Shown here: in pieces, positions 35,838-45,182 of the stretch
Position numbering within the stretch: the stretch's first letter is position 1
Layout: every line of letters starts with the position of its first letter
Virus record (IMG/VR): IMGVR_UViG_3300026320_000003
Span: 1-50,248 of that record
Source of the DNA: a virus
Lineage: Duplodnaviria > Caudoviricetes
DNA length: 50,248 bases
Strand: one strand, 5' to 3'
Made by a program: the position numbers and the translations under genes
Notes under the pieces: model-generated
What the model saw: the letters and a program-made list of their open reading frames with translations, nothing else
Databases searched by the model: none
Told to the model about the DNA's origin: nothing

Positions 35838-36682
35838 ATCCTCTGTAGTTTGAGTGATTTAGGCTTAACCGGCGTCGGCCGTAGCACTTCAAAGAACTGA
35901 GCCAAGCCGGTTTCGATTGAATAGCTCGGCTGCATCAGGAATGGTGCAGGGTTTGCTAGGTCCATCATTGGGGTAGAATTCGTCTGGATCGTTCGCTTTC
36001 CTCCTTTGCTGGTGAAGAGAACTACAGATGGGAAATACTGTGGGATTTTAGGAGACAGCTTCTGACCGACTCCCTGAGGGAAGCCTTTGGTAGTCCCATC
36101 GGGCTGTTCTTGATAGGTGACGTGGGCAATGACGATAACGTTAACCTTGTATGTGTCGGAGGTAAGCATTGCTATGAACTTCTCGACATCGTTTTGAGCA
36201 TTACCATACACCGCACGAGCGTCGTATAGTCCACCTTTGCCAAGGGGAATAATACTTTCATGGAAATCATAAGCTGCGTCACACAGTCGAGATAGAGAGT
36301 CAATAACAAGGATGCAATCGGGTCCCCAGTTGGCTGGTGGTCCAAAGTCGATTCCATTTTTTTGATCATCTTCGTATTTCCAGTTGTCCATCATCTTGAG
36401 GGAGTTGATCCAAGCAGTAGGTTTACCAGCTAGGACTGAACCGGTTGGTGAGGCCTTTCGCTTATCGCGGAGGGTACGGTATTCAACATTCTCTATCAGG
36501 TCCAGACAATCCCTCTTGATGTATTGCTTGAGGACATCGAGGAGGTTGTCTAAGTCCAAGATGCGGAGCTTGTATCCAGCCTTGACAAGGGAGACTAGGG
36601 CCCCAGTCTTGCCAGATTTGGAATCTCCTATAGCGAGGAGCTTAATAAAGTCATTGGATTGGTGATTCGCTAGGCTTGGCAT
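35834..36682 (-). CDS. AAA_24/Sak4-like ATPase
   Basis: GDSKSGKT, ILDLD, LVIDSLS, VIVIAH. Confidence 0.82.
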   Translation of the reverse strand: MPSLANHQSNDFIKLLAIGDSKSGKTGALVSLVKAGYKLRILDLDNLLDVLKQYIKRDCLDLIENVEYRTLRDKRKASPTGSVLAGKPTAWINSLKMMDNWKYEDDQKNGIDFGPPANWGPDCILVIDSLSRLCDAAYDFHESIIPLGKGGLYDARAVYGNAQNDVEKFIAMLTSDTYKVNVIVIAHVTYQEQPDGTTKGFPQGVGQKLSPKIPQYFPSVVLFTSKGGKRTIQTNSTPMMDLANPAPFLMQPSYSIETGLAQFFEVLRPTPVKPKSLKLQRI

Positions 36683-36875
36683 TGGCTAATAAAACCTCCG
36701 TATAAAGGGTTAACAGATCGCCGTCTCGTAGGTCGTAGTGCTTGGTATCGCAAGAGATTCGAATGTTGGTTGGAGAGCCATACTCGGAACCAAAGCCGAT
36801 AGTGAAGTGGCTATCGCTCCGATCGACTATTCTGGCTTTGAGGAGTGGGAGAATGGCTCGGAGTTGTTTGGTCAT
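36651..36875 (-). CDS. Hypothetical protein
   Basis: Coupled ORF. Confidence 0.5.
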   Translation of the reverse strand: MTKQLRAILPLLKARIVDRSDSHFTIGFGSEYGSPTNIRISCDTKHYDLRDGDLLTLYTEVLLANAKPSESPIQ

Positions 36876-37051
36876 GGTATAATCTTCTCTGCATACTCCC
36901 GTGCTAGGGCAAGAGTCATTTCTCCTTTCTTTGTCCTCTCCCATGCCTCCATCATCAGCATGTGGGGAATGCTGCCCCTATCAGCCTGTGGTTTTATAAG
37001 CCTAAGATAGAAGTCTTCTAGTGTCATCGGTGCGCGGAGTTGGTTAGTCAT
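36872..37051 (-). CDS. Hypothetical protein
   Basis: Coupled ORF. Confidence 0.5.
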   Translation of the reverse strand: MTNQLRAPMTLEDFYLRLIKPQADRGSIPHMLMMEAWERTKKGEMTLALAREYAEKIIP

Positions 37052-37192
37052 AGACAAACACCATTGGTCGAAACGCACCGTCAACTAATTCAAACAACTG
37101 TCTTTCAGTAGCTAGGATTAGTCTGCCTTTGTGTTCGATGATACTTACAATTCTGAATGGTGCTGTTATCTTACCATTCCTTATTGCTTCAT

Positions 37193-38197
37193 CTAACGTG
37201 GCGACAAGGGATTCCATCGGTCCTTCTCCTCTAGTTTAACAAAATCAGCCTTGAGAAATGTCTCCCTAACCCTTGGGGATTTGCTACATATCTCCCTGAA
37301 CTTACACCCGCCGAACTTGTCGCAGGCGGTATCGTTCTGCGGCCAATAGCCCATCTCTGCGTAATGCTCAGCAAGTTGGAGTGTATAATGTAGGTCCCCA
37401 ACCCATTCGTCGAGTTGGTCTTGGGTCCGGTAGGTGAATCCTCGAATGAAACGGTTAGGTTTATCGAGGAGGATTTGTGCCGCCTCGATAATGACGCCCT
37501 TGATAGGAGAATCGATAACGATCTGTCCAGCAAGGGTATAGAGAGTCATTTGGTTATTCGGCTCGAATTGGTTGAAGAAGTACGGGCCTGGAGTGCTGGT
37601 GGTGGTTTTATGGTCAAGGACGAAGAGGGAGTCGTTGAAAGAGACCACACGGTCGAGATGGCCGCAGAGGAGGTAGGGTTGACCATAAATCTTTCCGTGT
37701 TCCTCTAAGCTTTCGTGCAGATCATTTATAAATGAAGCCCTCGGCCCCCAGTCCATCTCAAACTTGAAACTCAACTCAACAGCAGGTCTGCCGTTTTCTA
37801 AGATGAAGGTCTCCGCTGGGTCGTCTTTGAAGTAATCGAAATAGTCAACACAGAGTTGGAGGAGGGTACTGCGATTCTTATAGTTTCCAGCTTTAGTGTT
37901 AACATCCACCTGCCAATCTGCTGTGCGGATAAGTAAGGCACGGATGGTAGATCGGATGGCGTCTTCGTGGTCGATTCCGTTTGCCCGCTCAATATCGTAC
38001 TCCTGTATCGCTTGGTGATATTCGCTCCCGAACCGCAGATGAACACTCTCGTCCTTTGGTGACCAGCCATCAATTATGGTGTATTGGTATAGCCTAGGGC
38101 ATTGCTTGATTAGCCCTAGGCAGGTGCTATCCCAAGCGAACTGCACATTTGTACCCTGTAAAAAAGGCGATTGGACATTGGCTTGAGCGTCCATCAA
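37193..38197 (-). CDS. PD-(D/E)XK (Cas4/RecB-like) exonuclease
   Basis: CPRLY, FGSEYH, GHLDRV..LDHKTT, QMTLY, C-terminal ACDKFGGCKFREIC. Confidence 0.88.
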   Translation of the reverse strand: MMDAQANVQSPFLQGTNVQFAWDSTCLGLIKQCPRLYQYTIIDGWSPKDESVHLRFGSEYHQAIQEYDIERANGIDHEDAIRSTIRALLIRTADWQVDVNTKAGNYKNRSTLLQLCVDYFDYFKDDPAETFILENGRPAVELSFKFEMDWGPRASFINDLHESLEEHGKIYGQPYLLCGHLDRVVSFNDSLFVLDHKTTTSTPGPYFFNQFEPNNQMTLYTLAGQIVIDSPIKGVIIEAAQILLDKPNRFIRGFTYRTQDQLDEWVGDLHYTLQLAEHYAEMGYWPQNDTACDKFGGCKFREICSKSPRVRETFLKADFVKLEEKDRWNPLSPR

Positions 38198-38415
38198 ATC
38201 CTCCTCTTAATCGTCGACCCTGCGACCTTCTTGGGGATCAAGCCAAGTGCAGCTAGGTCCAGCTTGGCCTTTGGCGTTCCGGTGTCTCCCTTCTTCACCT
38301 TGACTCCAGCTTCGCGGAGGGCCCGATTCTTTCGCTGATAGGCAATGATCTCGTCGATGTTTTGGGTGGAAAGTTCAAGTGGGTCTATGGACATTAGTTC
38401 GTCTAGGTCAGTCAT
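38194..38415 (-). CDS. Small protein ending IKRRI
   Basis: GGAG RBS; ATGA overlap. Confidence 0.65.
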   Translation of the reverse strand: MTDLDELMSIDPLELSTQNIDEIIAYQRKNRALREAGVKVKKGDTGTPKAKLDLAALGLIPKKVAGSTIKRRI

Positions 38416-38597
38416 TCCAAATCTCCCAATGTCTTTCTTAGCTTGTGGAAACTCGTAGCGGTTGTTATATGGTGGTGAACCACCTGCCTGACCTGCTCTG
38501 ACCATCCTCGGCCGTAGTAGGCCTCTAGGGCGGCCACATCGGCTTCGTAGAGGTTGAGGGTGACCTTTTGTAAGGGGTCGTCAGATTTAGCTGGCAT
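38412..38597 (-). CDS. Ribbon-helix-helix-like small protein
   Basis: QKVTLNLYEADVAALE...WSEQVRQVV. Confidence 0.5.
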   Translation of the reverse strand: MPAKSDDPLQKVTLNLYEADVAALEAYYGRGWSEQVRQVVHHHITTATSFHKLRKTLGDLE

Positions 38598-38700
38598 TAG
38601 CGTAACCTTACCCATAACCTGATCTTTAAGTGTGTATTTGCATTCCAAGGCTCATAAAGAAATAGATGCCATAATTGTCCAGTAACTAAACCGTTGAAAG

Positions 38701-38934
38701 TCATGTCTCCAACTCTACAGCCTTCCTTGCGATGTAGATCAAATCCTCAGCAGGTTGGAAAAGCATTAGCTCCTGCAAGGCCGGGTTGAGGGATTGCTTT
38801 CGAGCCTCGTAGAGAGCATTGACTAGAAGGATTCTAGTGGCCTTAGTGGTGAGGATATGTATCCCGATCTCTTCGTCAAGGGCGCGTAGCCAAAGGGGAA
38901 GGTAGGTAGACGCAGGGAGTTTTGATCCGGCCAT
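38701..38934 (-). CDS. Hypothetical protein
   Basis: Coupled ORF. Confidence 0.6.
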   Translation of the reverse strand: MAGSKLPASTYLPLWLRALDEEIGIHILTTKATRILLVNALYEARKQSLNPALQELMLFQPAEDLIYIARKAVELET

Positions 38935-39131
38935 TAGTTGTAACTCTCTGTTGCAAACCATGTATTGCTTGGATTACGGCTATCCCAGAGCTTGTGGGTT
39001 GTTGGGCTCATGCGCTCGCGCATTACAAAGTCAGAGCAGTTTAAGCATGAACCAAATCGAAGATTATCTTCACTACCACACACTTTGCATTTGCCGATTT
39101 GCGCGATAGAAACATAGTTATCTTTTATCAT
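38934..39131 (-). CDS. Zinc-ribbon protein
   Basis: CKVC...CLNC. Confidence 0.6.
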   Translation of the reverse strand: MIKDNYVSIAQIGKCKVCGSEDNLRFGSCLNCSDFVMRERMSPTTHKLWDSRNPSNTWFATESYN

Positions 39132-39458
39132 CTATCCCTCCAATCCGCTAAGAAGTTCCACCGTTCCTGGGTCTAGCTCGGTCTTCTCGGCGTAGACCCA
39201 GAACTTACCGTCCTCGTCTTCCCTGATCCGAAAGACGAGTTTATCGTACATCGAGGCGTCATAGAGCGGATCACCAGCTGAATATATCAACCGATTATCC
39301 TTTCGGTTAATCTGTCTTGCGGTGTGACAACGCATGCGGAAGAATGTCGCGTTGTCACGGATGCCAAAGATTATCCTCGCACCTTTATCATCCTCCATGG
39401 CCTTGTCCATGAATTCGATACAGTCCTGATAGGACAGTCGACTCGTACTGATGCTCAT
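39132..39458 (-). CDS. Hypothetical protein
   Basis: AGGA RBS; operon context. Confidence 0.65.
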   Translation of the reverse strand: MSISTSRLSYQDCIEFMDKAMEDDKGARIIFGIRDNATFFRMRCHTARQINRKDNRLIYSAGDPLYDASMYDKLVFRIREDEDGKFWVYAEKTELDPGTVELLSGLEG

Positions 39459-39603
39459 TTTGTTTTCCTGTATAGTACCTCTATCGTTTTCCATTTCCAA
39501 CGACAGGCTTTACATTTACGTGTTCGAATTATGGTGACATGGTTGTGATCGTTGAGGTAGCGTGTAAGTACAACGCCTGATTTTCCACTACAATACTTGC
39601 AGG

Positions 39604-41022
39604 TCACCATTGGATATCCGCCGAAGCTATCTCGGTTAACTTGTTCTTGGAGCGAGTAGAGATGACGTAGGATAGATTCTTATCCTGGTCTGAATGGCCA
39701 ATCAGCTGTGGATCAAGATGGATGACTTCATCAAACTCTAGGCCCTTGGCCTTGTGGCCGGTGAGAAGTCGAATTGATCCATCCTGCTTGAAGAGATGCT
39801 CAGCGTAAGCGATAGCGGTGCCTAGGCTTCCCTTACCTGCGGTAGCGAAGATGCGCATACACTCCGCCATGTCTTCGCAGTTCTTGGCTTCGCGGGAGAG
39901 TTTTTCCTCTAGCCAGTTGTTGATCACCGAGATAGTCTGGCCATAGCTTAACTCCTCCGGCCCAAGCTTCCTCATAACCCCTATAAGCTTAGGACCAAGA
40001 TCGCTCCCAATAACACTAACACTATGGCCAGCACCCAACAGGCGGAAGGCCAAAGCGAACAATGGGGCATTATTCCGACAGATAATAGTAACATTATCGC
40101 CAATACTGCTAGCAACCATTCGACTCGGTGCATGGACTTCGCCTCCGAGATTGAGGGCGCGGAAGTGTGGAACTCTCCAATGGACATGTTCGACTATCGC
40201 CGAAGGGCAGCGGAAGGAAATTGAAAGCGGAAGAGGTTGCATAGAGTAAGCGGCTGTTGCTGTACTCATTCCTCCTGCTTTGGCTCCTCTGAATCCATAG
40301 ATGTTCTGATATGGATCACCGACTCCGATAAGTCTATGCTTAACAAGTCGTTCGAGCATGGCATGATTAACTGGGGATAGGTCTTGATATTCGTCAACAA
40401 GGACCAGGGGAAATCTAGGGAATGTTCCGCCGAACAATGCGGGCATGTATATTTGATCATTATAGTCGATAAGTCCGTCATAAGCGAGCTTGATACTTCG
40501 GCTAAGAACTGCGTCAATGAGATCACTCGTGAGGTCATCGGGGCGCTCGTCGAGAAGAGAGTGGAAACGGGATTGGGTGAGGAGTCGTTTGGCGTTGGGG
40601 TATTTACCCTCAGGGACGTAGCCTAGGGCCTTCGCCAGGCCTACTCCGGCGACGACTTCGTGGTAGGAGTCCCAGAGTTCACCTTGGGATCGGGAAGGGG
40701 ATTCTTTGATAAGTTCACGAAGGATGTCACCGGTCTTTTTAGTATTAAGACGGAGATTTTTTGATTGGGATGCTGCCCATATGCGATGACCAAGTGAATT
40801 AAATGTACGTACGGTAGTGGTAGATAGCATACGGTCTGTGGCTTCATCAGCGTTCTTCTTGTTAAAGACGAGGTAAAGGATTGGCTGCTTGGGGCGGATT
40901 GCGCGTTCGATTAGTTCAAGAGTGGATGTCTTGCCGGTTCCTGCGAGGGCGTTCAGCATCAGGTTGTCTTTGGTCAACGTGGCTGCGGAGAGGATATCAA
41001 GTTGTTCGTCGGTGTGGGACAT
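39604..41022 (-). CDS. UvrD/Rep-like SF1 helicase
   Basis: ALAGTGKT, FNK, TFNSLG, LVDEYQD, VGDPYQNIYGFRGA, SFRC, HKAKGLE, YVISTR. Confidence 0.93.
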   Translation of the reverse strand: MSHTDEQLDILSAATLTKDNLMLNALAGTGKTSTLELIERAIRPKQPILYLVFNKKNADEATDRMLSTTTVRTFNSLGHRIWAASQSKNLRLNTKKTGDILRELIKESPSRSQGELWDSYHEVVAGVGLAKALGYVPEGKYPNAKRLLTQSRFHSLLDERPDDLTSDLIDAVLSRSIKLAYDGLIDYNDQIYMPALFGGTFPRFPLVLVDEYQDLSPVNHAMLERLVKHRLIGVGDPYQNIYGFRGAKAGGMSTATAAYSMQPLPLSISFRCPSAIVEHVHWRVPHFRALNLGGEVHAPSRMVASSIGDNVTIICRNNAPLFALAFRLLGAGHSVSVIGSDLGPKLIGVMRKLGPEELSYGQTISVINNWLEEKLSREAKNCEDMAECMRIFATAGKGSLGTAIAYAEHLFKQDGSIRLLTGHKAKGLEFDEVIHLDPQLIGHSDQDKNLSYVISTRSKNKLTEIASADIQW

Positions 41023-41228
41023 TAATTAACTCCGAATCTGCAACCGCAATTAGGGCAGTCAACGGTGTATTCAGGAGAACCCTCGTTGCCAACTTTGGCT
41101 GCATGATCGTCACAATAGCAGGCGGGTATTGGATGTCCAATATTTGCTCGACAGTGTCCACAAGCAATTGTGGTAGCTGGCTTGTTGCAGTTTTCGTACT
41201 GACAAGTCCCGGTAATCTCTACTATCAT
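41022..41228 (-). CDS. Cys-rich zinc-finger protein
   Basis: CQYENC, CGHC, YCDDH, CPNC. Confidence 0.6.
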   Translation of the reverse strand: MIVEITGTCQYENCNKPATTIACGHCRANIGHPIPACYCDDHAAKVGNEGSPEYTVDCPNCGCRFGVN

Positions 41229-41292
41229 CGCATCATTCCTTATATTCCTTATTATAACATAGTTGGCTGGCGAAATCAAGGAGTTTGTTAGG

Positions 41293-41493
41293 CTACGCTG
41301 TATCATACAAGAATCTTACAACGTCGTAGTAGATTTGGAAACCATAGTCCCATCCATAGTCCTTAACAAAGTGTAGTGCAAAGTTAGGATCATCAGCATG
41401 TTTCATGATGAAACGGACATGTTCCCTTGCTTCCTCTATTGAACAATTTAGGCGCGTACTGAATGCTGCTGCAAGATCGCTGTTAATAGTCAT
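41293..41493 (-). CDS. Hypothetical protein
   Basis: Coupled ORF. Confidence 0.55.
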   Translation of the reverse strand: MTINSDLAAAFSTRLNCSIEEAREHVRFIMKHADDPNFALHFVKDYGWDYGFQIYYDVVRFLYDTA

Positions 41494-41720
41494 GACAAAA
41501 GCTTCCCCATGGCAAGTTGAGTCACTTGATGTTGCATTCGCTTGAAAAGTTCACTCATGCCTAGCCAGCCGTGGGCCAAGGTTTCGTCGACTTTGGTATC
41601 TTCGGTGTTGTGGAGATGGGCCATGACTGCACAGAGTTCTTGGCATTCGATTAGATGATGGAGGAGCTTGGTGTAGGTCTCGGATCGGGTGGCCATGCCA
41701 CCTATGGTGGGGATGGTCAT
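41490..41720 (-). CDS. Hypothetical protein
   Basis: Coupled ORF. Confidence 0.6.
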   Translation of the reverse strand: MTIPTIGGMATRSETYTKLLHHLIECQELCAVMAHLHNTEDTKVDETLAHGWLGMSELFKRMQHQVTQLAMGKLLS

Positions 41721-42016
41721 CGATATGCCTTTTGCATCTCAGGGATTAGTGCGGTCTTGATCCGGTCCGACTCAAGTCGCATTCGTTCGTTGGTACCTCC
41801 AAGTAGTTCGTTAAAGTATGGGCGTTGTTCGGTCCAGGAAGTCTTTTGGGACATGTTGAAGATCAATTGATCCATCTCCCTGATCTGGCTCATAAGCCTA
41901 AGTTCTGATGCTTCGAGCTTGTTGATTTGATTTTGTTGATTTTTGGCGATGGCTGTGACAGTAAAGACCTGCTGGTATAGCTCAGCGATGCGTTTGCGCC
42001 CGAATAGGTCTATCAT
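41717..42016 (-). CDS. Coiled-coil hypothetical protein
   Basis: Coupled ORF; GAGG RBS. Confidence 0.6.
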   Translation of the reverse strand: MIDLFGRKRIAELYQQVFTVTAIAKNQQNQINKLEASELRLMSQIREMDQLIFNMSQKTSWTEQRPYFNELLGGTNERMRLESDRIKTALIPEMQKAYR

Positions 42017-42201
42017 TTCGATTTCTTCCTCATGTTGTAGGTCGGATCGTCTCGCCAAAAAGGCTCTCGGCTGGTCGCTAATCGCATCTTAGCAACCTCT
42101 TCCTGCAGGTAGTAATCTATGGCGCGGCCTGATTTACCATAGACCGGCAGGTTCGGGTCTCGCCAGTCTGGGCGGGTGTCAGGCTTGGGCTTACGCTTCA
42201 T
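42013..42201 (-). CDS. Basic hypothetical protein
   Basis: MKRKPKPDTRPDWRDPNLP; ATGA overlaps. Confidence 0.55.
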   Translation of the reverse strand: MKRKPKPDTRPDWRDPNLPVYGKSGRAIDYYLQEEVAKMRLATSREPFWRDDPTYNMRKKSK

Positions 42202-42485
42202 ATCCGTCTCTCTATAGGTTTCACCAACCCAAGGGCTACAAGTAGGCTTCGCCCGGCGATCTTGTTCTCTTCCGTCGGTCGTTCTAGCTCTCGCAGGTTC
42301 GCTTGGAGTTCGGTGGTGGACATTATCAAGGGTTCTATTTCGGCCATTGTGCCGATGAATACCAAAGGCATCCCTTCGGTGTTGGTCCAAGGGAGGAACA
42401 GAGCGTAGGCGCCGGAGGACAGGCGAATGATATTACACCCGTGGTATTTGTAGGAAAGGGCTTCGGCTTCGTCTGGATCAGGCAT
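42198..42485 (-). CDS. Hypothetical protein ending IERRI
   Basis: Coupled ORF. Confidence 0.65.
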   Translation of the reverse strand: MPDPDEAEALSYKYHGCNIIRLSSGAYALFLPWTNTEGMPLVFIGTMAEIEPLIMSTTELQANLRELERPTEENKIAGRSLLVALGLVKPIERRI

Positions 42486-42702
42486 TGAGGTTCGCCTTCC
42501 AGTTTCGATCGAAATTCACTTGGAAATCTGAGCAGTAGGCTTTAAGCATGGCTTCCGTGGAGGTTACATCGTCTTTGCAGCTTAGCCATAGCATAACATG
42601 GAGCATTAGGACGATTTGTGCCCCGTCTTCAGGACCTTCAGTTTCCTCTTTAAGGAAGGAATAGATGTATTTGGCGAGTGGAAGAAGTTCTTTAGCTGTC
42701 AT
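42478..42702 (-). CDS. Hypothetical protein
   Basis: Coupled ORF. Confidence 0.55.
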   Translation of the reverse strand: MTAKELLPLAKYIYSFLKEETEGPEDGAQIVLMLHVMLWLSCKDDVTSTEAMLKAYCSDFQVNFDRNWKANLNA

Positions 42703-42998
42703 TAGGTGATCCCCAATTTCTTCAGGACTTCCCTGGCCCGTTCTCTCTGCGCCTCACTGAAATCGCCCTTGGGCTTGTAGCCTTCGACAACCCCCGGGCG
42801 GGTGTAGACTTCACCAGAGTATTCTTTGGTTCTAGCGAAGAGGAGTTCGAGGATTTTGGCCAAACCAATGGCATCACGAGGATAGACAGTGATGTACGGG
42901 CCATATTGGCCAGAGAGTTCGGCGTAGATAGATCGATCATCGGCCCAGATGGAGATGGCGTTAGCCGGGCGACCGGTGGCGGCGACGGTGTCGGTCAT
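42702..42998 (-). CDS. Hypothetical protein
   Basis: GGAGG RBS. Confidence 0.6.
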   Translation of the reverse strand: MTDTVAATGRPANAISIWADDRSIYAELSGQYGPYITVYPRDAIGLAKILELLFARTKEYSGEVYTRPGVVEGYKPKGDFSEAQRERAREVLKKLGIT

Positions 42999-43177
42999 GA
43001 GGGCAGCCTCCGCATGATTGAGGAGAAGCCTAAATCGCCCTCGATCCAATATTTAATAGACAGGTTCATGCTGTCATTGAATAGTTGAATTCTAATTCTG
43101 TTATCACTCTCTTGAATTAGCCACCATTCACCTTCGGTTGCGCATAATGGTAAACATCTTACTGGTTTGTCGGTCAT
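42995..43177 (-). CDS. Hypothetical protein
   Basis: ATGA overlaps at both ends. Confidence 0.55.
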   Translation of the reverse strand: MTDKPVRCLPLCATEGEWWLIQESDNRIRIQLFNDSMNLSIKYWIEGDLGFSSIMRRLPS

Positions 43178-43617
43178 ATCCGCCTCCGGAGGGTAGGTTC
43201 GGGTGAGGTAGGAGCAGGCTTGGAAGTCTCTTCAATCATAGGAATATCATCTATTATTTCGTTGGGTGATAATATTGCTGTGATGGCAGGTTCACTCACC
43301 ACGCCAGCTTGGTAAAATGCTAGTTGTTCTTCATCATGATGGTGAGATTGTTCGTGATGTAGCTTGTATTCGATCTGTGCAGGTTCATTCGTCACCCACC
43401 CCTGTCGATCGTAGTCGTAGAAGTAGAAGGAGTTCACTGCGCCCTTGGCGATGAAGCGAGGAAGCATGTGGCGATGGCGGCAAGAGGGGCGATGGCCTGC
43501 GGGGCATTCGCATTCATCGACGGTACAGAGGTAGGAGGACTCAACATTCCCAAGGGAGTCGAACTTTGTTATTCGGTATTGATCGCCATCTGTATGACAA
43601 TTATACAACGTCGTCAT
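43174..43617 (-). CDS. SWIM zinc-finger protein ending LRRRI
   Basis: CECPAGHRPSCRH (CxC...CxH). Confidence 0.75.
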   Translation of the reverse strand: MTTLYNCHTDGDQYRITKFDSLGNVESSYLCTVDECECPAGHRPSCRHRHMLPRFIAKGAVNSFYFYDYDRQGWVTNEPAQIEYKLHHEQSHHHDEEQLAFYQAGVVSEPAITAILSPNEIIDDIPMIEETSKPAPTSPEPTLRRRI

Positions 43618-43822
43618 AAGCCCATCCTTCCCATTGTTCGGTTTCGATATCGAAATCATAGATATCGCTTAGCTTTATCTGCTCTAGCCAATATGGTGGA
43701 ATGCCTCTATCCGGATCACGTGTGGCGTGGTGGAGATAATAATCAATCACATGCAGGTTGCCGATGTCGATTTTCATCGGGACTGTCTCACAATAGTATT
43801 GAAAACCCTCTTCATTGGTCAT
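43601..43822 (-). CDS. Hypothetical protein, first gene after the promoter
   Basis: GGAG RBS. Confidence 0.55.
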   Translation of the reverse strand: MTNEEGFQYYCETVPMKIDIGNLHVIDYYLHHATRDPDRGIPPYWLEQIKLSDIYDFDIETEQWEGWAYDDVV

Positions 43823-43870
43823 GGACTATTCTCCAGTGGTAGAGTTGGCGGATCTCCTGATTATACTACC

Positions 43871-43899
43871 ATTATACCACATCCAGTCCGAAAAGTCAA
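43871..43899 (-). promoter_or_regulatory. Sigma70 promoter for the replication operon
   Basis: TTGACT-17 nt-TATAAT with extended -10 TG. Confidence 0.85.
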
Positions 43900-43920
43900 G
43901 TTCTTATTTGGCTTATAGGC

Positions 43921-43954
43921 AAATAAAAAGGGCCAGCGGATTAGGCTGGCCCTT
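43921..43954 (-). terminator. Rho-independent terminator
   Basis: AAGGGCCAGC-loop-GCTGGCCCTT followed by a T run. Confidence 0.85.
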
Positions 43955-43967
43955 GGGTAGGCTTGAC

Positions 43968-44045
43968 TTAACCTAGAAGCATCTGCATTACAGCAAAACC
44001 TATGATGCCGCCTATGAAAGCTAGTAAGATATCAGCTATTTCCAT
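43968..44045 (-). CDS. 25-aa hydrophobic peptide
   Basis: MEIADILLAFIGGIIGFAVMQMLLG*; GGAG upstream. Confidence 0.45.
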   Translation of the reverse strand: MEIADILLAFIGGIIGFAVMQMLLG

Positions 44046-44227
44046 GACTTCTTCTCCATCTTGGCTAATGCTACCTCAGCGTCGATATCCTGACCTCTTA
44101 GGCCTAGGATATGAAGGCTTGCCCGATAGGTGGCTTCGCCTAGGGAGCCTTCGATAAACCAAAAGCGGACTGAATGGGCCTTAGCATAGAGGATATCGCG
44201 ATCTTTGGGCTCAGAGATTGTGGGCAT
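44036..44227 (-). CDS. Hypothetical protein
   Basis: GGAG RBS before MPTISEP. Confidence 0.55.
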   Translation of the reverse strand: MPTISEPKDRDILYAKAHSVRFWFIEGSLGEATYRASLHILGLRGQDIDAEVALAKMEKKSWK

Positions 44228-44231
44228 TGGC

Positions 44232-44312
44232 TCACTCCAGAATGAGGAATAGGTAAACACCAGCGATTACTGCAACGTAGACAGCGCAGAGGATTGGCAA
44301 ATAGGCATACAT
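44232..44312 (-). CDS. 26-aa hydrophobic peptide
   Basis: AGGAG RBS; MYAYLPILCAVYVAVIAGVYLFLILE*. Confidence 0.5.
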   Translation of the reverse strand: MYAYLPILCAVYVAVIAGVYLFLILE

Positions 44313-44324
44313 TGGCTTGCTCCT

Positions 44325-44364
44325 ATAAAAATGCCCCAAGGGAGGCTTGAGTTCCCTTGGGGCA
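44325..44364 (-). terminator. Rho-independent terminator
   Basis: TGCCCCAAGGGA-loop-TCCCTTGGGGCA followed by TTTTT. Confidence 0.85.
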
Positions 44365-44372
44365 GAATGGGA

Positions 44373-45119
44373 TTAGAAACCAGAGGCTCGTTCATTCTTT
44401 CGATTATACCACTGGTACCATTCGTGAGACCAGCGGAGTTCAGGCTCGGGTTCGACATCGGCTTGGGTAGGCTCAGAGGGGGCAGATGGAGTATCCACGC
44501 TTTCGGCAGTAGAAGCAACGGGAGACGTAGAGGCCTCTGATGATATTGCAGGAGGAGGGCTTTCACTCTGACCCTGTGGTGCATCGGCAGGCTCGAAGTT
44601 ATCAGGATTATTGAAGTCCCCTGTGGCTGTATCCTGCTGATAGATTACAGGATTAACCTGCTCTGGCTCAGAGGGAATAGCCTGTGGTAGCTCAGGCACC
44701 GGCTCAATAGCCTTAGGATACCAAGCATCAGTAGCAAAGTCATAGTCAAGCCCTTCTCGATTAGGCTCCGGCGCCTTAACCGGTTCAGGCTTGGATGGAT
44801 TAAGCAAGGACATAGCAGCAGCAGCCGCTACCTCAGCCTGCTTAATGAAAGACAAAGCCGTGTGGGCCAAATCCTCACTCTCCAAAACACGAAAGCTTGC
44901 TTCATCACGCTCTACCTCCAGAGAGCGGACCGTGGCTTGAAGGTCGTCAATCTGTTTCTTGTAGGAGATAATATTGATCTCAAGATAGGCGTTATGATCT
45001 TGAGTTGCGCCGAGTTGGGTCTTAAGAGCCTCGATCTGATCTTGCAAGACCGGGTTCTCTTCCATGGCTTTCGCCATTGCCACGAGATCGTGGACAAAGT
45101 TCGCAACGTGGGGTGACAT
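44373..45119 (-). CDS. Coiled-coil protein with disordered acidic/Pro-rich C-terminus
   Basis: GGAG RBS; 248 aa. Confidence 0.75.
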   Translation of the reverse strand: MSPHVANFVHDLVAMAKAMEENPVLQDQIEALKTQLGATQDHNAYLEINIISYKKQIDDLQATVRSLEVERDEASFRVLESEDLAHTALSFIKQAEVAAAAAMSLLNPSKPEPVKAPEPNREGLDYDFATDAWYPKAIEPVPELPQAIPSEPEQVNPVIYQQDTATGDFNNPDNFEPADAPQGQSESPPPAISSEASTSPVASTAESVDTPSAPSEPTQADVEPEPELRWSHEWYQWYNRKNERASGF

Positions 45120-45182
45120 TGAACTACTCCGTTCTAGTGAAGGCTTATTCCTTCACTCTGTGAAAAGAGGCGAGGATATCGG

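Noticed and set aside
37193-38197. Cas4 as part of a CRISPR system
   Set aside because: No array or other cas genes; stand-alone Cas4-like nucleases are common in phage replication modules
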